Source: an uncultured delta proteobacterium
GTDB lineage: Bacteria; Desulfobacterota; Desulfomonilia; UBA1062
NCBI GenBank assembly: GCA_963798485.1
Contig: CAWCTR010000032.1
Span: 1 to 64,000, forward strand
DNA: 64,000 nucleotides
Direction of reading: 5' to 3'
Positions 18,776 to 28,736 of the stretch are shown in pieces; the stretch's first letter is position 1; each line of letters opens with the position of its first letter. The position numbers were made by a program, and so were the translations under genes. Under the pieces are notes generated by a model. The model did no database searches and was not told the origin of the DNA. It saw nothing but the letters and a program-made list of their open reading frames with translations.

Positions 18776-20143
18776 TTAATATTTCACAAGCGGTCTATTG
18801 AGAAAGATCCCCTGGATGGTCGGGTTCTGCTTTCTCCCTTGATGGAGATATCTTGCCCAATAAGGAACACCTTCCGTATTATCACTCACATATTCGTAGA
18901 GTTCCTCGTATGTCAGGATATCGCCTTTATCTTTATGTGCATCTCCTCTTAATCCTTTAAGGAGAAAATAAGTGAACAGACCATGATGATTTTCATCATA
19001 CCAGCTGCTTATCTGATCACTTTCGCAACTGGTCATATAAACGGCATTCCCTTTGGATATGGTAGGGTTGGAGACCTTGATCCCGAAGGGACTCGCGCTG
19101 GCTATTAAATATTTTCCGGTACTGGATCCCCCGGAAAAGCATGCATCTAAAACTACGGTAACGTTCTTTGCTTTTAACTGAGCGATGTTCTCATTAAATA
19201 CATCCAATGAGTAGCCGCTCAGGGCAAATTTCAACGAATCACAGTCCGAAGGGACAAAATAACCTTTCAATGTATCGATATCAGGGGCTCCATGCCCGCT
19301 GTAGTATATAAAAACATCTGACTTTTCCGGCTTAATCAAGTCATAGAGCTGGCCTTCATGATTTCCCTTGATACCGAAAATCTGCTCAAACTCAGCCTTG
19401 GTCGCATCGAGCTTGACGATTATATTGCTCTCTTTGTAGCCTAACATTTTTACGAGATATTCTTTCATTACCTTGGCGTCATTATGTGCATATTTGACTT
19501 CAGGGATATCGTTGTTTTTGTATTTCCGGTTTCCGATCACGACGGCAATGGCATCAGGATTGTGCATGCCTGTCTGGGGTATATTCATGTCGATGTCTGC
19601 AACAAGCGGGATTTCCTCACTTGCCTGCGGGCTTGGCGTGCTCGCGACAACAGGGGTGGCAACAGGGGCTACCATATCAAAAGAGTTATTCGCTATGCGG
19701 TCATTATCGTAATAAACATACACCGTCCATCTGCCGGGAATATCCTGGGCCTGTTCTCCCTTCACCGATATCTTGTGAGTTGCCGTCAAATCCTCTACAT
19801 ATTTCCCTTCCGAAACGCTTATGGGATAATTATCCGAGGTGTCGTAGAGTTTGCCCTGGGGGTCATACCACTCCCACCTTAAATAATGAGAACCCGATAC
19901 ATTCTTCAGTTTGATGTATGAAATGACTTCCGAATCTTTGGGGGTGAATTTCACCATTGCGATACCAGGGGTAACCTGATCGCCGTATTGATATACCTCC
20001 TTCACAAGAAGCGATTTGTCCTACATAAACATCCGCCCTTTTAATTCCTGGTTTGATGAAGCGCATCCGCTGATAAGAAAGGTCAGGCTGAATAGGAAAA
20101 CCAGGCAAAGGGGAAAAGTGGAATTATCTCTATATCTATACAT
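18776..20143 (-). CDS. Caspase-family (peptidase C14) lipoprotein with an in-frame TAG at codon 41
   Basis: Catalytic motifs YYSGHG and LDACFSG. ATG 20143 (GGAGGAGG RBS) with lipobox ISGC is in frame with ORF 18776-20005, separated only by TAG at 20021-20023. Confidence 0.8.
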
Positions 20144-20255
20144 AGATACCTCCTCCGCCATTCAGCAAGTGTAATAAAATTAAGTGAATTTATATAATAT
20201 CATAAACAAAATACATTATCAATCTGCCTTGCATTGTGTTCCTCCATATTACTAA

Positions 20256-20281
20256 GACAATTTTGCTATCAAAAAGTTCCC
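20256..20281 (-). promoter_or_regulatory. ECF sigma-type promoter 1 (caspase operon)
   Basis: Minus strand GGGAACTTTTT-GATAGCAAAA-TTGTC. Confidence 0.75.
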
Positions 20282-20328
20282 AGTGGTTGATTCGATATTC
20301 AGTGGGGCAACACCTTAATCAAATATTT

Positions 20329-21318
20329 TTATTGATCACCGATAGCGGTTTCTATCTTTACCGTTAAGATGTCTTGAGTGATTTCGCTTGGGATATTCTT
20401 GGCGTTCAGGTAGCCCAGCTTCTTGAGTTTCTCGATCAACGCAGTTAACTGCCGAGAGCCGATCTCAACCCGGTAGAGTTCTCTTTTCTCAAGTGACTGA
20501 TAGCTGATTGTTTTCGCATTGAATTCTTTTAATACAGCTTCAACTTCCGGCGATGCCGCACTCAGGTCCCGAACAGTTAAAGCGATTTCAACAGGGGTGG
20601 TCATTGGTACTGCCGAACTTTTGTTTGCCGCCTCGGTGATCTGGGGCCCGGATCTCTGGGGAAGTGCGACGTCTCCCTTCTGCCCGTGGCCTGTCGTTAG
20701 AGTAGATGGCGATTTCTTGCTTCCCGCTCCTGCAGATGTTCCGGCCAGGTGACTCGATTCTTCAGAATTGGATTCTCCTTGCACCGATGGTCCATGTGCG
20801 GATTTATCGGCTGATGGCTCTACCCCGGCTCTTTCATCCTGTTTCGTTCCAGAGTTACTGCCCGCTGGTTGTATTTTCCCTGGTCCAGTTAGAGTATTAC
20901 TCCTCCCTTGTGGATTTGTGTGTTTTTCTGCATGGAAGAGGGGTATCTGATGCTCGATCTTGATAAGTTCTGGTTCGGGAAAACTGATCCTGTAAAGGAA
21001 TATCGCTATCACCGCCACCAGAGCAGAGGCAAGAACCTTAACCGGGACCCCGACAGTAAAGAAATCATGGATCTTATCGAAGAGATTCTTTTTCTGTGAT
21101 TCCTGCTTAATCTGTGACATTATCTTCTGGGTGAACCATGGCGGTGGCTCGACCTCCCCGAGATTGTTTACCAGGACTACGGTCTGCCTGAGCTCTTTAA
21201 GCTTTTTGCTGCACAGGGTGCATGAAGCCAGGTGAGTTCTGATTGCATCCTTTTCTTCTTCACTGAGGGCATCATCGATGAAGCCTGTGAAGAGGTCTCT
21301 TATGTCGTCGCAGTTCAT
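20329..21318 (-). CDS. Zinc-binding (zf-HC2) transmembrane anti-sigma factor
   Basis: MNC...HLASCTLC motif, one TM, overlaps the sigma gene stop. Confidence 0.9.
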   Translation of the reverse strand: MNCDDIRDLFTGFIDDALSEEEKDAIRTHLASCTLCSKKLKELRQTVVLVNNLGEVEPPPWFTQKIMSQIKQESQKKNLFDKIHDFFTVGVPVKVLASALVAVIAIFLYRISFPEPELIKIEHQIPLFHAEKHTNPQGRSNTLTGPGKIQPAGSNSGTKQDERAGVEPSADKSAHGPSVQGESNSEESSHLAGTSAGAGSKKSPSTLTTGHGQKGDVALPQRSGPQITEAANKSSAVPMTTPVEIALTVRDLSAASPEVEAVLKEFNAKTISYQSLEKRELYRVEIGSRQLTALIEKLKKLGYLNAKNIPSEITQDILTVKIETAIGDQ

Positions 21319-21980
21319 ATCATTATCTCTGCATGGTCTAAGACATCCATTAGACAGTCTTTTAAAGAATTCCTCGCCCTGAAGAGCCTCGACTTCACCG
21401 TCCCATCCGCAAGATTCAGCATAGATCCTATTTCTTCATAGGATAAGCCCTGCATGTCCCTTAAGATGACGACATCCTTGTGTTCGTCGTCGAGGGCGTT
21501 GATACAGTCCTGAACCTTTCTCTCAAGTTCTCTCTTCTCCAGTCTTTCATGAGCGGAACAATCTTCTGACGGGATCTCCATCAGCGTGCTCCCGTCCTCG
21601 GTTTCCACAGGGGCGTCAAGAAAGATACATTCATGGCAGCTGCGGGTATTTTTCTGTTTCAACTTGTTCCGAGAATGATTGATGACTATAGTGGTGATCC
21701 AGGTCGAAAAGGCCGCATCGCCCCGGAAATTTGCAAGCGCCTTATATGCAGAGAGGAAGGACTCCTGAACGACCTCACAGGCGTCTTCATAGTCATCCAG
21801 CATCCGGTATGCAATGTTCAGCATTCTCTTTTGATACCTCTCAACAAGCAACTGAAAGGCATCCAAGTTGCCTTTTCTACATTGTGCGACGGAGGCAAGA
21901 TCATCGTCCCGGACACTCGGGTTACTGGGAGAACCGCGAGGGTAGTTTCCCTTGATAGGCCCTTTTTCCGTAAAGTCCAC
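21315..21980 (-). CDS. ECF sigma-70 factor (RpoE/SigW-like)
   Basis: DACEVVQESF, FSTWITTI, LSYEEIG..L...GTVKSRLFRAR. Confidence 0.95.
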   Translation of the reverse strand: MDFTEKGPIKGNYPRGSPSNPSVRDDDLASVAQCRKGNLDAFQLLVERYQKRMLNIAYRMLDDYEDACEVVQESFLSAYKALANFRGDAAFSTWITTIVINHSRNKLKQKNTRSCHECIFLDAPVETEDGSTLMEIPSEDCSAHERLEKRELERKVQDCINALDDEHKDVVILRDMQGLSYEEIGSMLNLADGTVKSRLFRARNSLKDCLMDVLDHAEIMI

Positions 21981-22103
21981 AAAACGATAACAGCGAACAA
22001 TTTGAATTCTGTCAAGAATGAATGTTCATTGCTAAGGAGTTTATGAGTATGTATCATGGGCTTTTGTAGTATAAAATGATAAGATAAATTGTGCCTTATA
22101 GGT

Positions 22104-22238
22104 TCAGATTAATGGGCATGACGCGATTACTTCACTAGTGGTTATAAGAGAAAATATTGCGACAAGGATCATTATCCTGAATGAAGAGCTTATCATCTTC
22201 TTCTTCAGATACGGGATCGGAATGGCCCTGTTATTCAT
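22104..22238 (-). CDS. Small 44-aa hydrophobic ORF (signal-peptide-like)
   Basis: GGAGGAG RBS; MNNRAIPIPYLKKKMISSSFRIMILVAIFSLITTSEVIASCPLI*; lies directly downstream of ECF promoter 2. Confidence 0.45.
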   Translation of the reverse strand: MNNRAIPIPYLKKKMISSSFRIMILVAIFSLITTSEVIASCPLI

Positions 22239-22274
22239 ATACTTTCTCCTCCAGCTTCTCTTTATGCTTTTTTA

Positions 22275-22300
22275 GACAAGGCTCTAGAGAAAAAGTTCCC
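22275..22300 (-). promoter_or_regulatory. ECF sigma-type promoter 2 (probably autoregulatory)
   Basis: Minus strand GGGAACTTTTT-CTCTAGAGCC-TTGTC. Confidence 0.75.
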
Positions 22301-22370
22301 GTGATCGATTGAAGTAATATCCCACTCCTTGTGTTATAAGGTATATATTCGAGATGTGAAAAATAACTGC

Positions 22371-22396
22371 GGGAACTTTTTTCATATTTGATTGTC
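22371..22396 (+). promoter_or_regulatory. ECF sigma-type promoter 3 (LPP20/protease operon)
   Basis: GGGAACTTTTT-TCATATTTGA-TTGTC. Confidence 0.75.
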
Positions 22397-22444
22397 ATAT
22401 TCAACATGACTCAAATGAGAATATCAGACGGGGAGGATCTAATC

Positions 22445-23056
22445 ATGAAGGTAGAAAGGCTTCTTATCGTTGTACTGGCAGCAGTGTTCTTCATCGGTTT
22501 TATATTTGCTGCAGGTTGCGCAAAGAGGGTCGGCCCGCCGGAGATCAACACCATGATCGGCCAGGAAATGGATGGTGCTCCGGACTGGGTTAAGGGCAAA
22601 GGTTGCACGACTAAGAAGGCTGACAAGACCATATGCGCAGTGGGCTCCATAGGCGGTACCCGAAATATTTCTCTGGCTCGCGAGGCAGCTATAGAGCGAG
22701 CAAGAGTTCAGATGGCAAGGACCCTTCAGGATAAGGTTATGGCCATGCTGAAGAGCTATCAGGCCACAACGACGGGGGGGCAGGAATTCGGTACATCAGC
22801 GGCTGATGAGCAGCATGTGAGAGATGTATCAAAAACTATAACAGACATGACGCTTTCGGGAACCGAGATGAGGGATTCGTGGGTAAGCAAGACAGGCACT
22901 TATTATGCGCTGGTCGAGCTCGATGTCGATAAATTCAAGGATACGGTCAACAAGATTCAGAACCTCTCTGAATCAGTCCGCAAGGCCGTTATAGAGCGGG
23001 CTGACAAGGCCTTCGAGGAACTCGATAATGAGATAGACAAACAGGAGAGCAAGTGA
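22445..23056 (+). CDS. LPP20-like lipoprotein
   Basis: GGGGAGG RBS, lipobox AAGC, GAPDWV, LAREAAIERARVQMAR. Confidence 0.8.
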   Translation: MKVERLLIVVLAAVFFIGFIFAAGCAKRVGPPEINTMIGQEMDGAPDWVKGKGCTTKKADKTICAVGSIGGTRNISLAREAAIERARVQMARTLQDKVMAMLKSYQATTTGGQEFGTSAADEQHVRDVSKTITDMTLSGTEMRDSWVSKTGTYYALVELDVDKFKDTVNKIQNLSESVRKAVIERADKAFEELDNEIDKQESK

Positions 23057-23091
23057 TCGACTCCGTGTAATTTATTAAGAGGAGAACTGCC

Positions 23092-24165
23092 ATGAGGAAC
23101 TACCTTGCATTTCTGCTTATCTGTCTGCTGGTCCCGACGCTGATGCAGGCCTCAGATTTTGTGCCAAGAGATATCTATAAAAAGGCCGCTGCATCGGTCG
23201 TGTTCATATCCGGATTCAACGAAGGGAAGGCCATCGGCAGTGCAGGCAGCGGATCCATTATCACTCCTGACGGCCTGGTCTTGACAAACAATCATGTCAT
23301 AACCGATTCCACGAAGAACAAGACGTATGATGATCTCGTCATTTGTCTAAAACCAACGCAGCTCACCGGGGACGAAACTAAGGATTTAGGCGAACGTTAT
23401 AACGCTGAGGTTATTGCAAGAAGTGTTGATCTCGATCTTGCCGTCCTGAAGATAAAAGGCGTCAAAAAGGAACTCTGTGTATTACCGATAGGAGACGCAG
23501 GGAAGATTGTAACCGGAGATCAGGTAGCTGCGATCGGGCATCCGGAAGGCGGAGGATTGTGGATACTCACAACGGGAACGATATCGGGCACTAAGATAAT
23601 AGGCGATAAAGATACCTTCCAAACAGAAGCGAGCACGAACCGGGGTAATTCAGGAGGTCCATTGCTCAACAACAGGAGTACTCTTATCGGCATCAATACC
23701 TGCATGGTGCGCAAGGCAGATGATGGACTTGCCATTGTAGGGGTGAATTTTGCGATTAAGAGCACACAAGTAAAAAAATGGCTCAATGAGAACGGGATAA
23801 AAGTGGCGACAGCATCTACACCGGAAGAATCGGAACCACTTAAGGTGCAACCTGCTCAACCCCAACCCCCAAACGTGCAGCCCGTTCAAGCTAAGCCGCC
23901 AAAGGAATTGGAGATTAAACCTCCAGTTGAAAAAAAACATAAATCTTCTCCTGTCCAACCTTCAATGGACAGCAACCAGAAAGATGAGCCACTGGACAAT
24001 GATTTCACGGAATTCAAAGGGGTAGACGGACAGATCATGTACGGCATACCGGACAGCAATTTCAATCTGGACAGGGCTACCAGGATACTTTACGAAAAGA
24101 CAAAGAAGAATGCAGAAAAATCTTTTAAAGAACTTGATGATCTTGAAAAGGAAATTAATAATTAA
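23092..24165 (+). CDS. Exported trypsin-like (S1C-type) serine protease without PDZ domain
   Basis: Catalytic triad motifs TNNHV, DLAVL and GNSGGPL; Pro/Gln linker. Confidence 0.9.
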   Translation: MRNYLAFLLICLLVPTLMQASDFVPRDIYKKAAASVVFISGFNEGKAIGSAGSGSIITPDGLVLTNNHVITDSTKNKTYDDLVICLKPTQLTGDETKDLGERYNAEVIARSVDLDLAVLKIKGVKKELCVLPIGDAGKIVTGDQVAAIGHPEGGGLWILTTGTISGTKIIGDKDTFQTEASTNRGNSGGPLLNNRSTLIGINTCMVRKADDGLAIVGVNFAIKSTQVKKWLNENGIKVATASTPEESEPLKVQPAQPQPPNVQPVQAKPPKELEIKPPVEKKHKSSPVQPSMDSNQKDEPLDNDFTEFKGVDGQIMYGIPDSNFNLDRATRILYEKTKKNAEKSFKELDDLEKEINN

Positions 24166-24188
24166 ACAATCAACATGTTACAATATCA

Positions 24189-24746
24189 ATGGGGGAATCT
24201 CTCAATGGAAATAATAGTGACCCTAATACAGTAGACCGCCTTTCACATCCCAGAATAGATCGTTCGGCCAAAGAAATTGTTCAGGATATTGTGAAAGCTG
24301 AACTTATAAGAAATGGATATACCCTTGGAGATAGCATTGACATAATGAGTGCTGAAGTATATTTTTATAATACTTCTGCAATAGAATCATCAGTAACCCT
24401 CACATTGAGGAACAGCATCAGCAATGAGATAATGTTTCAACGATCCTATCGTAGACATTATTTGTGGAAAGATGAATTGATTCCATCTGTCCAAAGCTTT
24501 GCGGCAGACTTTGTTGGGAATATACCTGCGCTCGAGTTAGCAGAAAATCAAGGCCCATCAGCCCCGACCCATACTATCCCCACGATCAGTTCTGATCAGC
24601 AACCGGACAGAACCAGCCCGATATCCGCAGAGTCGCTGAAGGAGTACCCTACTGGGCCAAACGACTTCATCAAGGCCGAAAACAAACCCCTACTATTCAG
24701 GGTAGTTATTTGTCTAAGGTGTTTATACAATACTAAAGCCTCATAA
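24189..24746 (+). CDS. Hypothetical protein (possibly degraded)
   Basis: ORF only; no recognised motif. Confidence 0.4.
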   Translation: MGESLNGNNSDPNTVDRLSHPRIDRSAKEIVQDIVKAELIRNGYTLGDSIDIMSAEVYFYNTSAIESSVTLTLRNSISNEIMFQRSYRRHYLWKDELIPSVQSFAADFVGNIPALELAENQGPSAPTHTIPTISSDQQPDRTSPISAESLKEYPTGPNDFIKAENKPLLFRVVICLRCLYNTKAS

Positions 24747-24842
24747 TAGAGATAACTGGACAATCAACCTCATCATTTGGTCAGATATCAGCTGACGCAC
24801 TTTAGGTTCTTATATACAATACAACGCCATCCTCTTTATTCA

Positions 24843-24872
24843 GTTGGGCTTGGCTACGCCCTTTCAACCTAC
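24843..24872 (-). repeat. GTAG-type REP-like hairpin at the island edge
   Basis: Minus strand GTAGGTTG-AAAGGGCGTAGCCAAGCC-CAAC. Confidence 0.4.
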
Positions 24873-24933
24873 ATCCTTGACGGGGAGCGCCTCTTCTATT
24901 AGAGATGAGGGGACATTTTCATAAGGAGAAACC

Positions 24934-26853
24934 ATGGCCCAGACCCTGACCGCCAAGATCATTGCAAGCCACCTCGTGGAGGCCACCGATACGGAATATG
25001 CCCTGAAGATCGACCAGACCCTCACCCAGGACGCAACGGGGACCATGGCATATCTCGAGTTCGAGGCCATCGGGCTTGAGCGTGTCAAGACAGAGCTCTC
25101 GGTAAGCTATGTGGACCATAACACCCTCCAGACCGGCTTCGAAAATGCCGACGACCACCGTTTTCTCCAGGACGTGGCCAACAAATATGGGATATACTTT
25201 TCAAGACCGGGCAACGGCATCTGCCATCAGGTGCACCTTGAACGCTTCAGCGCCCCGGGCAAGACACTGCTGGGCTCTGACAGCCATACGCCCACTGGAG
25301 GCGGAATCGGGATGCTGGCTATCGGTGCAGGCGGGCTGGATATTGCTGCGGCCATGGCAGGCATGCCCTTTAACATCCCAAGGCCCAAGGTCGTTGGCAT
25401 TCTTCTGGATGCAAATCTCGAACCCTGGGTCAGCGCCAAGGACATCATCCTGGAGATCCTGCGCAGGCTCACCGTCAAGGGAGGCGTGGGCAGGATATTC
25501 GAGTATTACGGCCCCGGCGTGAAGACATTGAGCGTCCCGGAGCGCGCCACCATAACCAATATGGGGGCAGAGCTGGGCGCCACCACCTCCATCTTCCCCA
25601 GCGATGAGGTGACTCGTGCATTCCTGAAGGCCCAGGGCCGCGAGGAGGCCTGGATCGAACTCGAGGCCGATGAAGGGGCTATCTATGACGGGACCATGGA
25701 GATCGACCTTTCGAAGATCGAGCCCCTTGCCGCATGCCCCCACAGCCCTGACAACATAAGGACAATACGGGAGCTCGTTGGTAAAAAGGTGGACCAGGTG
25801 CTTATCGGGTCATGCACAAACTCGTCATTGAAAGACCTCATGACCGTGGCTGCCGTCCTCAAGGGTAAAAAGATCCACCCGGACGTGAGCCTTGCCATTG
25901 CGCCGGGCTCCCGCCAGGTCATGGAGATGCTTGCGGCAAACGGGGGGCTTAAAGACATTATCGCCTCCGGTGCGAGGATACTGGAGACGGCATGCGGTCC
26001 GTGCATCGGGATGGGTCAGGCCCCTTCCACCGGCGCCGTGTCCGTGCGTACCTTCAACCGCAACTTCAAAGGCCGCTCAGGAACGGAAGATGCCGAGGTC
26101 TATCTTGCATCCCCTGAGGTTGCAGTTGCATGCGCACTTAACGGGAGTTTTACCAGCCCGAGGGAACTGGGCGCATACCCCGTAATAACGTTGCCCGGGT
26201 CTTTCCACATTGATGACTCCATGATCATAAGGCCCGTGAAAAAACCCGTAACCACTGAAGTCCGCAGGGGCCCAAACATCCGCCCCCTGCCCAAGCGCGG
26301 ACCTATGGAGGACACCCTGGAACTTTCGGCCGTCCTGAAGCTCAAGGACAACATCACCACCGATGACATCATGCCGGCGGGCTCCAAGATCCTGCCTCTA
26401 CGCTCCAATATCGACGCCATCTCGCGCTATGTGTTCTCCGGTATAGACAAGGACTTTGCAGAACATGCAAAGTCCGCCGGCGCCGGGTGCATACTGGCAG
26501 GTGATAACTACGGCCAGGGCTCTTCCCGGGAGCATGCGGCGCTTGCCCCCATGCACCTGGGCATAAAGGCCGTGTTTGCCAAATCCTTTGCGCGCATCCA
26601 CAGATCGAACCTCATCAACTTCGGGATCCTGCCCATCCGGATCGATGAAGATGGATATACTGAGATCGAAAAGGGCACCGTGGTGTCAATAAAGAACATC
26701 CATGCAGCCCTCGCAAAATCGTCACCCATAGAGGTATCCATTCTAAATGCTGACAAGCACCTGAACTGCACCCTGGCCCTTTCCGAGCGCGAGAGCGAGA
26801 TCCTGAAAGTTGGCGGGCTGCTCAACTTTATCAATAGAAAGGTACGAGACTGA
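24934..26853 (+). CDS. Aconitate hydratase (short, fused LeuC/LeuD-like aconitase family)
   Basis: DHN, GSDSHT, GSCTN, CGPCIG, TTDDI and GSSREHA motifs. Confidence 0.92.
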   Translation: MAQTLTAKIIASHLVEATDTEYALKIDQTLTQDATGTMAYLEFEAIGLERVKTELSVSYVDHNTLQTGFENADDHRFLQDVANKYGIYFSRPGNGICHQVHLERFSAPGKTLLGSDSHTPTGGGIGMLAIGAGGLDIAAAMAGMPFNIPRPKVVGILLDANLEPWVSAKDIILEILRRLTVKGGVGRIFEYYGPGVKTLSVPERATITNMGAELGATTSIFPSDEVTRAFLKAQGREEAWIELEADEGAIYDGTMEIDLSKIEPLAACPHSPDNIRTIRELVGKKVDQVLIGSCTNSSLKDLMTVAAVLKGKKIHPDVSLAIAPGSRQVMEMLAANGGLKDIIASGARILETACGPCIGMGQAPSTGAVSVRTFNRNFKGRSGTEDAEVYLASPEVAVACALNGSFTSPRELGAYPVITLPGSFHIDDSMIIRPVKKPVTTEVRRGPNIRPLPKRGPMEDTLELSAVLKLKDNITTDDIMPAGSKILPLRSNIDAISRYVFSGIDKDFAEHAKSAGAGCILAGDNYGQGSSREHAALAPMHLGIKAVFAKSFARIHRSNLINFGILPIRIDEDGYTEIEKGTVVSIKNIHAALAKSSPIEVSILNADKHLNCTLALSERESEILKVGGLLNFINRKVRD

Positions 26854-26854
26854 T

Positions 26855-28255
26855 ATGTCCCAAGAGATACGAACTCGATTTGCACCATCGCCCACAGGCC
26901 AGCTCCACATCGGCGGGGTCCGGACAGCGCTGTTCTCATGGCTCCATGCCAGGCACTTCGTAGGGAAGTTCATCCTGCGGATAGAAGACACGGATGCCGA
27001 GCGCTCAACCGATGATAACACCAAGCAGATCCTGGCATCCATGGAATGGCTCGGCCTGGACTGGGATGAAGGCCCCTTCTTCCAGTCAGACCGGCTCGAT
27101 ATCTACAAGTCATATATCCTGAAGCTCGTTGAGGAAGGCAAGGCCTACTGGTGTGACTGCACACCGGACAACCTGGAAAAGAAGCGCAGCCAGGCCCTTG
27201 CAGAAGGGAAAAAGCCGAAATATGACGGCACGTGCAGAAGCAAGGGCCTTGGCCCCGGCCCGGGCAGGGTGGTGCGCTTCCTCATGCCCGATACGGGTGT
27301 CACCTCCTTCGATGACATGATCAAGGGCAGGATCTCTATGGAGAACGCCGAGTTGGATGACCTCATATTGCTCCGTTCCGATGACATGCCGACCTATAAC
27401 CTCACCGTGGTCATCGATGATGCCACCATGAACATGACCCATGTCATAAGGGGGGATGACCATGTGAACAACACCCCCCGACAGGTGAAGATCTATGAGG
27501 CCCTTGGGTTCGAGCTGCCCCTGTTTGCCCATGTCCCCATGATCTTAGGGCCGGACAAGACCAAGCTTTCCAAGAGGCACGGCGCCACCTCCGCAATGGC
27601 ATACCAGGAAATGGGATACCTTCCTGAAGCGCTTGTGAACTACCTTGTCAGGCTTTCATGGTCACACGGAGACCAGGAGATCTTCACCCTTGACGAGCTC
27701 AAAGAGTATTTCGATATCCACGACGTGGGAAGGGCTGCCGCCGTATTCAACCCTGAAAAACTCCTGTGGCTCAACCACCACTATATCAAGACCGGCGATC
27801 CGGAGAGGCTTGCCGGGCTCGTCGCGGATTTCATCACGAGAAAAGGCTATCAGCTGCCGGAAAAGGATTATATCAAAAACGTGGTCATTGACGTGAGGGA
27901 ACGCACCAAGACCGTCGAAGAGATTGTGGACTTCGGGGGCTTCTACTTCCACGACATAGACCCCATGGATGATCTCAAGAAGCAGTTCTATACCCCGGAT
28001 ATCGCCCCGGTATTCAAGGCCATCAAAGGGCGTTTCGAGCAGATAGATCCGTGGGACAAGGAACATATGGAAGACGCCGTAAAGGCAATCCTTGAGGAAT
28101 TCAACCTGAAATTCAAGACTATCGCACAGCCCATAAGGGTTGCATTGACCGGCAGGACGGTTTCTCCCGGCCTGTTCGAGATAATGCTGACCCTCGGCAA
28201 GGGCCTGGTCCTTTCCAGGCTTGAAAAGGCCCTTTCCTTTATAACCAGCTTGTGA
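26855..28255 (+). CDS. gltX: Glutamate--tRNA ligase
   Basis: RFAPSPTG-HIGG and KLSKR motifs. Confidence 0.97.
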   Translation: MSQEIRTRFAPSPTGQLHIGGVRTALFSWLHARHFVGKFILRIEDTDAERSTDDNTKQILASMEWLGLDWDEGPFFQSDRLDIYKSYILKLVEEGKAYWCDCTPDNLEKKRSQALAEGKKPKYDGTCRSKGLGPGPGRVVRFLMPDTGVTSFDDMIKGRISMENAELDDLILLRSDDMPTYNLTVVIDDATMNMTHVIRGDDHVNNTPRQVKIYEALGFELPLFAHVPMILGPDKTKLSKRHGATSAMAYQEMGYLPEALVNYLVRLSWSHGDQEIFTLDELKEYFDIHDVGRAAAVFNPEKLLWLNHHYIKTGDPERLAGLVADFITRKGYQLPEKDYIKNVVIDVRERTKTVEEIVDFGGFYFHDIDPMDDLKKQFYTPDIAPVFKAIKGRFEQIDPWDKEHMEDAVKAILEEFNLKFKTIAQPIRVALTGRTVSPGLFEIMLTLGKGLVLSRLEKALSFITSL

Positions 28256-28351
28256 TGTTCATTAACCTTCTCCTGATTAGTCTGTCACGCCGACGGTCTT
28301 GGTTGCTTATCAAGGTACGAAGTTACTTCACCCATGAGAAATTTGAGGGAG

Positions 28352-28386
28352 CAGGCCGCATCCAACAATATGCCGGATGCGGCCTG
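28352..28386. terminator. Strong hairpin downstream of gltX
   Basis: CAGGCCGCATCC / GGATGCGGCCTG 12-bp perfect stem; no clear U-tract. Confidence 0.5.
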
Positions 28387-28736
28387 AGGAGGAATAGGAT
28401 ATGACTATCCTAAGGGTTCTTTATGTAAGCCGTAATTCTTTTCGCCCAGTGTATCGGGGGGCCATCCCTTGTATCAGCCACGCTCAAGGGCGAATAAACT
28501 TTATCTATTCAAGAGTTATGCCAAAGTATAGTATTGTTTATTTTTATAATGTTATTAGGCTATTATCTATAATTCAATTAATCCGGACCTCCTGTTATCC
28601 CCCTATTATTATGTAAATATTTTCTTATTTTTTCCCAATATTTGGGAATTCTTTTGCCTGATGTAGAAACAATGTTGGGGTTGCCTCTTGCGCACGAAAA
28701 GTAATATTCTTAAGAAAACAATAGAGGAGGCCTTCC

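Noticed and set aside
19863-20108. 81-aa ORF as the frameshifted 5' part of the caspase gene
   Set aside because: The lipoprotein signal lies in the main frame from ATG 20143, interrupted by TAG, so no frameshift is needed.
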